From Naegleria gruberi (lineage: Eukaryota), in assembly GCA_000004985.1 (NCBI GenBank), contig GG738856.1: a DNA stretch of 64,000 nucleotides; one strand, 5' to 3'. This document shows positions 56,046 to 64,000 of this stretch, piece after piece. The translations under genes were made by a program, and so were the position numbers. The notes under the pieces were generated by a model. The model saw only the letters and a list, made by a program, of their open reading frames with translations. It was not told where the DNA came from and ran no database searches. Positions within the stretch are counted from its first letter, which is position 1. Each line of letters opens with the position of its first letter.

Positions 56046-57125
56046 ATGTTGAATCAACAAGATTGCATTCTTCCACAAGAAACAACAAACTGCTTCTCAA
56101 GAGAATTATTCAGCATTCTCTCCACAAGTGACCACAATGAAATCCTGAATATTTGCATGAATAATGTTGATCCTTCTCTTACTTGCGTTTCGAATAATAC
56201 GTTCCCATTACTATTTGAAAATCAAACAACACAACAACTCTCACCTGTTAACAACAACAACAATATGACGAACAACGCTTCCTCTGTTGCTCTTTCACCT
56301 TCTCTCAATTGTACCAGTGCAATGATTGAACAAACTAATATTTCACACTCATCTGATACTCACTCCTCACCAAATCCTTCGACCAACTTTCAAACAACTG
56401 CTACCAGCAGCAATATTTGCAGTGTTGAATCATCTCCCTTACTGAAATTACTACAACAATCATCTGTGTCTCCTTCCTCCTCACAACCATCCATGTTTGG
56501 TCAAGTCAACAATCAAATTGTTGATTCTTCATCCATGTACACAAATTCGATAACAGAAAGCTGTTATCAATTAATTGATGAAGCTTTGAAAGATACACAA
56601 TCTTCACTTGGTTTGATTTGGAGCAAGTTTGATTCGAATAATACTACGTCGAACTCCAAAGGTATTTGCACAACCAGCAATGTTTCTAATAGAACTGCTG
56701 TTAGCACTTCAACCCTTGAACAAATTTATCAGCAACAACAACCAATTGCTAGTTTTGTTGCTTGTGTTTCTAACCAATCATCACACAACAATGGAATGGA
56801 CATCTTTCCATTTAATCTAGATTCTAATGCTATTAACATGCTAACTAGTGAAAAGAAGAAAAACCTCAAACGAAAACAATCAACCATTGAATCTAATTTA
56901 CCAACCAAGAAACAAACCATCACTTATGAAATTCTGCCAATGTCCCAAACTGCAATCCCAAGGCCTTCACCAATCCAACATCAATCTTCATTCAATAATA
57001 GAATTACCACAACAGATAGAAGAAGAAAATACAAGGTCAGATTTGGTCCAAATATGTTTGATGAAATTTCTATCAAGAAAAATAATGATAAACTTTCAGA
57101 AGTTGTTGCTGATGCCAGAAAATAA
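56046..57125 (+). CDS. hypothetical S/T/N-rich protein, paralog of 27313..28293
   Basis: Shared N-terminal (C..TTN.F..LFSIL), central (YQLIDEALKDTQSSLGLIWSKF) and C-terminal (YKVRFGPNMFDEISIKKN) blocks. Confidence 0.5.
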   Translation: MLNQQDCILPQETTNCFSRELFSILSTSDHNEILNICMNNVDPSLTCVSNNTFPLLFENQTTQQLSPVNNNNNMTNNASSVALSPSLNCTSAMIEQTNISHSSDTHSSPNPSTNFQTTATSSNICSVESSPLLKLLQQSSVSPSSSQPSMFGQVNNQIVDSSSMYTNSITESCYQLIDEALKDTQSSLGLIWSKFDSNNTTSNSKGICTTSNVSNRTAVSTSTLEQIYQQQQPIASFVACVSNQSSHNNGMDIFPFNLDSNAINMLTSEKKKNLKRKQSTIESNLPTKKQTITYEILPMSQTAIPRPSPIQHQSSFNNRITTTDRRRKYKVRFGPNMFDEISIKKNNDKLSEVVADARK

Positions 57126-57662
57126 ATTGTATTTATTATAAAAATTAACATGTTAGGGGACTACTCTCGCTCTCTCACACTAATGTTTTTCATGTGGTGA
57201 TGATTGGTTAGTCTCTCATCAAACTGGTCAACTGTTAACAGTTGGTCAACCAAGTTTTAAATAACATGATATGGGGAAACATTGTCAAAATAGTAAATTT
57301 ATACTCTTGAGAGTATCGAATCGTCTTTCGGAAATGTTATCCTCCCTTACGACATGAAATGCATTTGCGGTCCGAAAATAGTCCTCTCCGAAACTTCATA
57401 CTTGAATATAATACTTAATTGTATATTATTTAGTTTACAATATAGTCTAGGACTAGTAGATGTTGTTGTGGAAGACTCCATAATGATCTACTGTATTTTT
57501 CAATTCTAAAACAAACAAACAACAATTTCATTTGTAAAAGTTGAAATTGAAAATTTTTCATTTTGATCAAAAACAAAAAAATTATCAGCACATCTTCATG
57601 AAGGATTGCACAAAATCAAAATCAAAATATTAATTATATTCACCATCATCATCATCGTCATC

Positions 57663-58418
57663 ATGACCCGATCATTTCTCAAAACAAATGCCAAAGTAGA
57701 TAGTTGTAAAACAAGTCATCGACAAGATCCGTTCAATTTTACCTCAGAAAATTCATTTAATTTGCAATCATTTGAAGATAAAAAGAAGGTGAATAGAAAG
57801 AAGGAACAAAATTCGTATAGAAAATCTTTGAGGAGTACAATGCAATCGTGTGAGAGAATTGAAGAGATTGTTGCTCAGGGATTTGATCAATGCATGTCAA
57901 AGAAAAAGTCATCAAAAGGTTTGGCACCACATCACCATATAAAAGTTGTGGAAGATGATTTGGAATATCTTAACATTTTTACAAATATGTTAGACAGACA
58001 TATTAGAAAGAAGGAACCAATCATGACACACAACTTGCATTTAAAGAGACAATTGAAGGAAAATGTAGATAACAAATTGGAACAATTAAAGCAAGATTTG
58101 GAAGAGAAGCAAGATCAGGAATTCTTAGATAAATATTTGGATAAAAGATCCAAGAAGGCTGCCAACAAGTTGAGGAAGAAAATGGAGAGAGAAGGAGAGG
58201 ATTTCAAGAAGAATATCGTCGAACGTGAGGAATACTTATTGAGGAAAGAAAATGTTACAACTGAGAAAAGAAGTGAAGACTCATTGAACAAATTGAAAGT
58301 GAGCTACATTAACAGTCTGACAATTGAGGAAAAGATTGCACTCAAAGAATTGGAAAAGTTCGAACAAACCCAAAGTCCTCAAGTTTTCAAACATTATAGA
58401 AAGACTAAATCCAAGTAA
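57663..58418 (+). CDS. hypothetical charged coiled-coil protein
   Basis: K/E-rich heptad-like sequence. The ORF-track start at 57606 is a TTG; the first in-frame ATG is at 57663. Confidence 0.4.
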   Translation: MTRSFLKTNAKVDSCKTSHRQDPFNFTSENSFNLQSFEDKKKVNRKKEQNSYRKSLRSTMQSCERIEEIVAQGFDQCMSKKKSSKGLAPHHHIKVVEDDLEYLNIFTNMLDRHIRKKEPIMTHNLHLKRQLKENVDNKLEQLKQDLEEKQDQEFLDKYLDKRSKKAANKLRKKMEREGEDFKKNIVEREEYLLRKENVTTEKRSEDSLNKLKVSYINSLTIEEKIALKELEKFEQTQSPQVFKHYRKTKSK

Positions 58419-58474
58419 TGGGAGACTATGCTGACATATGTCATAAAACCTTAATGTTTCAGATTAGAATGTAA

Positions 58475-58546
58475 GGGACCATGGTCTAGTGGTATGATTC
58501 TCGCTTTGGGTGCGAGAGGCCGTGGGTTCGATTCCCACTGGTCCCC
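58475..58546 (+). tRNA. tRNA-Pro (anticodon TGG)
   Basis: GGGACCATGGTCTAGTGGTATGATTCTCGCTTTGGGTGCGAGAGGCCGTGGGTTCGATTCCCACTGGTCCCC, with anticodon loop TTTGGGT. Confidence 0.9.
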
Positions 58547-58644
58547 TTTCCCATTTTATGTTATGTTTTATTGAGGAATAATTTGTTATGTTTTTTATTA
58601 AATTTAAATAAATTAGATTATTAATTTAGAATAATGTTATTATC

Positions 58645-59640
58645 TTATTTGCCAGGAATGAATAGCATAGTTCCAACCAAATTATAAGCATTAGAAACTT
58701 GGTAGGTCAAAGTTTCAAGATTAATCTTTACAAAGAAAGATTGAGCTTGATGATTTTCATAGAAAACATAATAAAATTGAGAATCAATTGCAACAGCTCC
58801 TAATTGTCTAAAACCAATCTTTGAAAGATCCAAATTTGTGGTTGTCATCTTGCCAGTTTTCAAATCAAGAATTGTAAATACTTCATTGACAGTTCCTACA
58901 AGTCTATTTCCAAATCTATCAAATTGAGCATTATCCAAAGATGATGGAACATTAATTTTTGCTTCCAAATTTCTTTGCATTACATTATAGACATAATATT
59001 GATTAGATCCATTTCTATTCGAAACTGAAACATAATACTTGTGATTGATAGAGTCATAGGCATTTGAATTTCCTTCAATTCCCTCAATTCCATCCAAATA
59101 AATCAAAACACTCTTATTACCACTCTTCAAGTCATAGGTCACAATAGCAAATCTCGAACCTTCACCTGAAAGTGAAACCAATTTACCAGGAAAACTCAAA
59201 TCATATTGAATATCCATTGGTGCATCATTTCCCTCCAAAACAATCTCATGCAACATTGTCAAATCATCGACATTCCACACATCGAGAGTATTCATTCCAT
59301 CTGAAACTCCATACATGTAGGCATGATGAGAAAGTGGATTATAGGCAATGTTATCATACATTTCAATGTAGGAACCGTATTCAGTGGAGGAACGAGTCAA
59401 GTTTCCATCAATTGTGGAGAGGAAAGAGATGGTATCATTTTGTTTGGATGTGAAAGTTGTGGCGAGAATGGAACCTTTTACTGCTGCTTGTTTTCTTGTT
59501 TCGAAAGAATTTTTTAAATTGCTATTCGAAAGTCCAATATTCAAGGCTGCGGAGATTGGATTCAAGAGACATGACACTACACAACATACTGTGAAGAGAG
59601 TGAAGAGTGAGAGCGAGAGGGTCTTTTTAAAATCGTGCAT
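58645..59640 (-). CDS. hypothetical secreted beta-rich protein
   Basis: Signal peptide MHDFKKTLSLSLFTLFTVCCVVSCLLNPISA, with an upstream alternative ATG at 59733. No domain recognised. Confidence 0.45.
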   Translation of the reverse strand: MHDFKKTLSLSLFTLFTVCCVVSCLLNPISAALNIGLSNSNLKNSFETRKQAAVKGSILATTFTSKQNDTISFLSTIDGNLTRSSTEYGSYIEMYDNIAYNPLSHHAYMYGVSDGMNTLDVWNVDDLTMLHEIVLEGNDAPMDIQYDLSFPGKLVSLSGEGSRFAIVTYDLKSGNKSVLIYLDGIEGIEGNSNAYDSINHKYYVSVSNRNGSNQYYVYNVMQRNLEAKINVPSSLDNAQFDRFGNRLVGTVNEVFTILDLKTGKMTTTNLDLSKIGFRQLGAVAIDSQFYYVFYENHQAQSFFVKINLETLTYQVSNAYNLVGTMLFIPGK

Positions 59641-60303
59641 TTTTTTCTTGGAAAAAATCTTTTTTGCTGTGGAATAATTGACTTGAACATTTTTGTAATT
59701 TTCGGAGTTGTTAGCAAGTATTATTCTTAACATGATGATAGTAGTGGTGTTGGAAACAGAATTTTAGTTGTTTTCTTAATTTTCACAAGAACTGTTCCAG
59801 AAACAGTGCAAAAATTGTGAATTTTCATCATGAAATTATTCATCAATAGTATTTGATGTTAATAGCATTAATACAATATCCACAATATCTATCTCTTTAC
59901 ATTCCACATGCTTTCCTTTCAATATTTTCCTTGAAATTTTTCACAGTTATGTCCTCATTGAATTTTCTTTCGATTTTGTGTGAAACAGTAAGGTGGAAAT
60001 CTTGCAAACACGATGGATAAATAATCTAGATGACTGATGATCAAGCAAGATGATCTTTGTTTTCTTTGTTGAAAATTCACACAAATTGTTAAGATTTCCT
60101 TTTTGGGACAATATTAGATCCTCAATTCAATCAAAATGAATCGCTTGAAATCAACTAGACAATCAATTTGATTGTAAACAGACGAAAGATCTCCTTTTTT
60201 GTCCAATTTGGCTATTTGTTGATGTTGAATTTCAACAAGTTTATTATGAAGGAAGAGGAGTTGGTTAATATTCAATTAATTTCATTAAAAAGTTGTCTTG
60301 ATC

Positions 60304-61062
60304 ATGATGCAGTATTCATTCCCACTTGCTCCTCCATCAAACATGAGCAGTTTGTCTAGTGACATGTTACCAATACGAAAGGAAGATAAGTGTAATCTTG
60401 TCGAAAAGAAACGAAAGGTCAGAAGTGGTAAGGAAAGACCACACCAAGATTTTATATTTCACTTAAAGATGGAAAATGAAACAAGGAAGAAGAGAAAGAA
60501 AAATCCTTCAACTTCCAATATCAATTCCACAACAGAAATTATTTCAAATTCTGGAAAATCATCAACCACCTCAACTGTTTCAACAACAAGAACAAATATT
60601 TCAATAACTGATCAAACTAAAGTGACAACTACAACTACCACTACAACCACAACTACCACCTCAACAAGTAATATTCCAATTTCACATAATATTTCATCCA
60701 GTGACACTTCAGTTGTCAAAAAAGACAAAAGTTTGGCATCCATGATCTTTAAAATGTATAATCTACCTCCCAAGAAGGCCTATTCTCTATCCAACACTAA
60801 ATTCTATCAAAATCTGAAAGATTCCACTTCCACTCAATCGAACTCTTTCACATGTCAAGAAATTCCAAAATGCAAAAAAGTCAACCTACCACCAACCACT
60901 ACAAAATCATTACTTCCACTTCCAATCAAAGAAAATTCAATTAAGAGCATGTTACTGCCCAATTTGACAAGTGAAGGGCTGCAAGATGATGAATGGCATG
61001 ATATTCCAATGTTTCACATTCCACATTTTTCATTCATTTCGAATGTGTCAAAAATTAAATAA
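60304..61062 (+). CDS. hypothetical Ser/Thr-rich low-complexity protein
   Basis: Poly-T/S tracts (TTTTTTTTTTTS). Basic N-terminus. Confidence 0.4.
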   Translation: MMQYSFPLAPPSNMSSLSSDMLPIRKEDKCNLVEKKRKVRSGKERPHQDFIFHLKMENETRKKRKKNPSTSNINSTTEIISNSGKSSTTSTVSTTRTNISITDQTKVTTTTTTTTTTTTSTSNIPISHNISSSDTSVVKKDKSLASMIFKMYNLPPKKAYSLSNTKFYQNLKDSTSTQSNSFTCQEIPKCKKVNLPPTTTKSLLPLPIKENSIKSMLLPNLTSEGLQDDEWHDIPMFHIPHFSFISNVSKIK

Positions 61063-61121
61063 TAGAATGTAATATTTTTCATTTATTTACAAAATTTACA
61101 ATACTACTACTACTTACAGAA

Positions 61122-63149
61122 TTACCACTTCTTTTTGGGAACTCTCTTTTCAATGACATTTCTGAAAAATGTTTTTTGAGATCTGAGCAATAATTTCAAA
61201 TTTAACAAGACTGAAATGGCTCCAGATTTGGAAATATTAGATCCATCCACAGTAAATGATTGTAATTCTTGCATGAATTGACTAGTTGCAATGTATCCAA
61301 TTCCTTCATCAGTTATTTGATTGATTTTATAACATCTGAGACTTGTCAAAACGCATCCAATTTGTGAAATTAATTTCAATGAAGTATCGGTGAGAGATGT
61401 GTTTTCTGAAAGTGATAATGCAATTAAATTGACTGGTTGGGAAGAAGCCAAATATTGAATTCCTTCATCTGTTATTTGATTATTAGATAAATGTAAGATT
61501 TTCAATTTGGTAGTCAATGCAGATGATTCGAATCCTTTCATTCCCTTATCTCCAATTTTGTTATTGCTAACATTCAATGATGTCAAATTAACTAAATACG
61601 GACTAGTTAAAATTTCAATAAAATCCTGATCATTCAAATTGCAAAATGAAATATTCAACCGAGTCAAATTTAAAAATGCTGGATTTCTTGTAATTGAGGT
61701 GATTCTTCCATTTAGGTCCATATTATTTTCTTGAGAATACCAAGTAAAAAGTTCTCCTAAACCTAATTGTTTCAAATTGTGAAGGTATGGACTCTCAATG
61801 ACATCCTTTATCAATTCGAAATTACAGGAGAAACAAATACTTGTTAAATTTGACATGGTTGGTTGCGGAATTAATTTAGAGCTCATATCTGGCAATCTAA
61901 CGTACAATCTGTTCCTCTTGGTGAGATTGGTTAACTTGAGGAATGGGCTTTCGAATAGAATATTTAAATTCAATGAGATCCATTCAGCAGTTGGATACAC
62001 CTCCAAATAGGTCAGAGATGCAAAAGTTGGACAATTAGCAATATATCCCAAACATTCATCGTCCAAATTGTTATGACACAGATCCAGTACTTTCAAATTA
62101 GTTAAATAACAAGGCTTCTCAGTGAGAATTTTGAGTTTCTCTGAACCTATTCCAGAACATCCCACATTTAAAATTTCCAAATTACCCAAATATGGACTTG
62201 CAAATATTTGCGCATTTACTCCATTATCATATAAATTCAATATTCTCAATTTTGAAAATACTGGACTATTTGCAATGTGTAAAGATCCTTCCACAGAGAT
62301 ACAATTAAATTGCAAGTTTAAATTTGTTAAATTTGACAAATGTGTGCTCGTGGATAAATGTCTAAGGCCTTCATCTCCGATATAGTTATGCTGCAGATTG
62401 AGTGTTGTTAAATTCCTCATTTCAATATTATTCGAAAGCTCTATTGCGAATGCATTTCCAATATCACAATATCTCAAATTCAAACTTTTCAAATTTTTTA
62501 AATAGGGGCTTTTTACCAATTTCTGATAAGATTCGTCATTTGTTCTATACTCCATCATGAACGCACGTCTAGGACGATTACTAGATGCATTTGTGGAATT
62601 GTACAAATTGAGTTCTGTTAAATTTTTGAAATTTTCACTTTCTGTTAAAACTTCAAAACTTTCCTTTCCCAAATTATTAAATCTCAAATTCAAACTTTTC
62701 AAATTCTTGATAAATTCACTCTTTGAAAGAGCATTAATTCCTTCAAAATTAATTCCATTACTTCTCAAATTCAAATGTTGCAATTGACCAAAATCGGCAC
62801 AATTTGCAAGTAATTTCACTCCCTTATTTCCAATATAATTGAACGAAACATTCAAACTAGTAATATTCCTTCTCCAATTCACTTCAAAATCATCTTCCAT
62901 TGTCTCTGTGAATTCTTCATCATTGGCATTCGAATTGAAAAATAAATTCAACTTGTGTGGATGAATTTTGTGAATAGAAAAATCAAGATTCAATGCAAAT
63001 CTACTTGCTGCTTGTCTCCAATCCTTGGAAACAAGTGAAAATCGTTTGATAATTTGCAAATGATCAATAAATGTCATGATGTGAAAAATCATGTCCAGTG
63101 GAAGAATCACTGTTTGGTCAACAATATTCGGAGGAGGATTCATTTGCAT
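61122..63149 (-). CDS. F-box/LRR protein with classical RNI-like (NLRC-type) repeats
   Basis: N-terminal F-box-like LPLDMIFHIMTFIDHLQIIKRFSLVSKDW. About 18 LRRs (NLRSNGINFEGINAL...NLRFNNLGKESF...). Confidence 0.8.
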   Translation of the reverse strand: MQMNPPPNIVDQTVILPLDMIFHIMTFIDHLQIIKRFSLVSKDWRQAASRFALNLDFSIHKIHPHKLNLFFNSNANDEEFTETMEDDFEVNWRRNITSLNVSFNYIGNKGVKLLANCADFGQLQHLNLRSNGINFEGINALSKSEFIKNLKSLNLRFNNLGKESFEVLTESENFKNLTELNLYNSTNASSNRPRRAFMMEYRTNDESYQKLVKSPYLKNLKSLNLRYCDIGNAFAIELSNNIEMRNLTTLNLQHNYIGDEGLRHLSTSTHLSNLTNLNLQFNCISVEGSLHIANSPVFSKLRILNLYDNGVNAQIFASPYLGNLEILNVGCSGIGSEKLKILTEKPCYLTNLKVLDLCHNNLDDECLGYIANCPTFASLTYLEVYPTAEWISLNLNILFESPFLKLTNLTKRNRLYVRLPDMSSKLIPQPTMSNLTSICFSCNFELIKDVIESPYLHNLKQLGLGELFTWYSQENNMDLNGRITSITRNPAFLNLTRLNISFCNLNDQDFIEILTSPYLVNLTSLNVSNNKIGDKGMKGFESSALTTKLKILHLSNNQITDEGIQYLASSQPVNLIALSLSENTSLTDTSLKLISQIGCVLTSLRCYKINQITDEGIGYIATSQFMQELQSFTVDGSNISKSGAISVLLNLKLLLRSQKTFFRNVIEKRVPKKKW

Positions 63150-63662
63150 GTTGTTTGGTTAATATTAACTGGTTGATTGGGTGGTGTGGGTGGTCGTTAA
63201 AAGAATATTTGGTTTTTTTCAACAACACAAGAAACAAATTGATGACCAAGTTTGAAATTTAAAGCAATTTTCAAAAAGCTTTTTTTAGATCGAAGGAAGG
63301 TTACGTTGGAATTATTACTTTTATCCTACAATCAACTCTAAATTCTAGCTTACTGTATCTATAATTTTTCCTTTTTCTCAAGATTATTCTTATTAATGGA
63401 TTCCGAGCAAAACATCTTTATCATTTTTTTAAATATTAATTGTTTTATTAAGAGTTTGATGTTTTGTATCATGAAAAAATCCACAACAATGAAGTGATTA
63501 AGAATTGTATCCATGATGAAGGAAGGATTCGTCATAACCAAATCATCTAATATTGGCCAATACACCAAGTTCATCCTTTGTTCAAACTCGTCAATACATC
63601 AATTTTAATTCTAATTAATTAGAAAAAAACAACAATTGTTGATAATTTCAGATCCAATCAAT

Positions 63663-64000
63663 ATGGAAACAATCAAGTGTGTACTTGTTGGTGCGAATAA
63701 TGTTGGTAAAACGTGTAGTTTAATTTCCTATACGACCAATTATTTCCCAGAAGATTACGTTCCAACAGTTTTTGATAATTACAGTGCTAATGTTATGGTT
63801 GATGGCAAGCCTTTTTCATTGGGTTTGTGGGATACTGGTATGTATATTGGTTATGATCATGATCATGATCATCTTGAATCGATGATCGGGTGATTATTTA
63901 CAATGAATTTAATTATTTAATTGATGATGATCTTTTAATTGGAAAATAATTTTAGCTGGACAAGATGAATACGACAGATTGAGACCATTAAGTTATCCAC
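63663..64000 (+). CDS. Rac/Rho-family small GTPase, 3' partial. Exon 1 is 63663..63837; a 118-nt intron is at 63838..63955; exon 2 is 63956..>64000.
   Basis: [58 protein letters not shown]|[21 protein letters not shown]...TTTAG intron, in phase. Confidence 0.8.

Noticed and set aside
1-64000. Bacterial-style interpretation suggested by the ORF track (TTG/GTG starts printed as M, adjacent or overlapping ORFs as operons)
   Set aside because: The sequence has GT-AG introns, nuclear-type tRNA genes, poly-N/Q tracts and F-box/Rac/actin genes. Starts were therefore re-set to ATG where possible. ORF overlaps were treated as frameshifts or introns.

Overview
This 64-kb window is eukaryotic nuclear DNA and gene-dense, about one third G+C. 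Evidence: spliceosomal GT-AG introns of 32-118 nt with GTAAGT/GTATGT donors, dispersed Pol III tRNA genes with T-run terminators, and poly-N/Q/S/T protein tracts encoded by AAT/CAA codons. The gene content resembles a dictyostelid-like amoebozoan (F-box/RNI-type LRR families, FtsX/DUF214 permease, EGF-rich 'tiger-like' giant protein, RCC1, countin/saposin-like); taxon is inference only. The assembly is draft quality: three N gaps (18434-19088, 21739-21787, 38810-38859), a single n, and several frameshifts inside otherwise conserved coding regions. Three genes are interrupted by the gaps. The supplied ORF track uses non-ATG starts (TTG/GTG printed as M), so many ORF 5' ends were re-set to the first in-frame ATG. 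Content: about 35 protein-coding genes, mostly intron-free or with 1-2 tiny introns. At least seven F-box/LRR genes plus a pseudogene fragment. Six tRNA genes: Ile-AAT x2, Thr-AGT x2, Gly-GCC, Pro-TGG, plus one aberrant tRNA-like gene. The most unusual items are listed in the findings. They are: a prokaryote-type AAA-ATPase_like/PD-(D/E)XK gene sitting between duplicated tRNA-Thr copies; a STAND-like P-loop NTPase directly upstream of an LRR gene; a TM-Moco(YedY-like)-LRR fusion; two F-box-pseudoGTPase fusions; and an RCC1-EGF ectodomain gene abutting a kinase across a gap.
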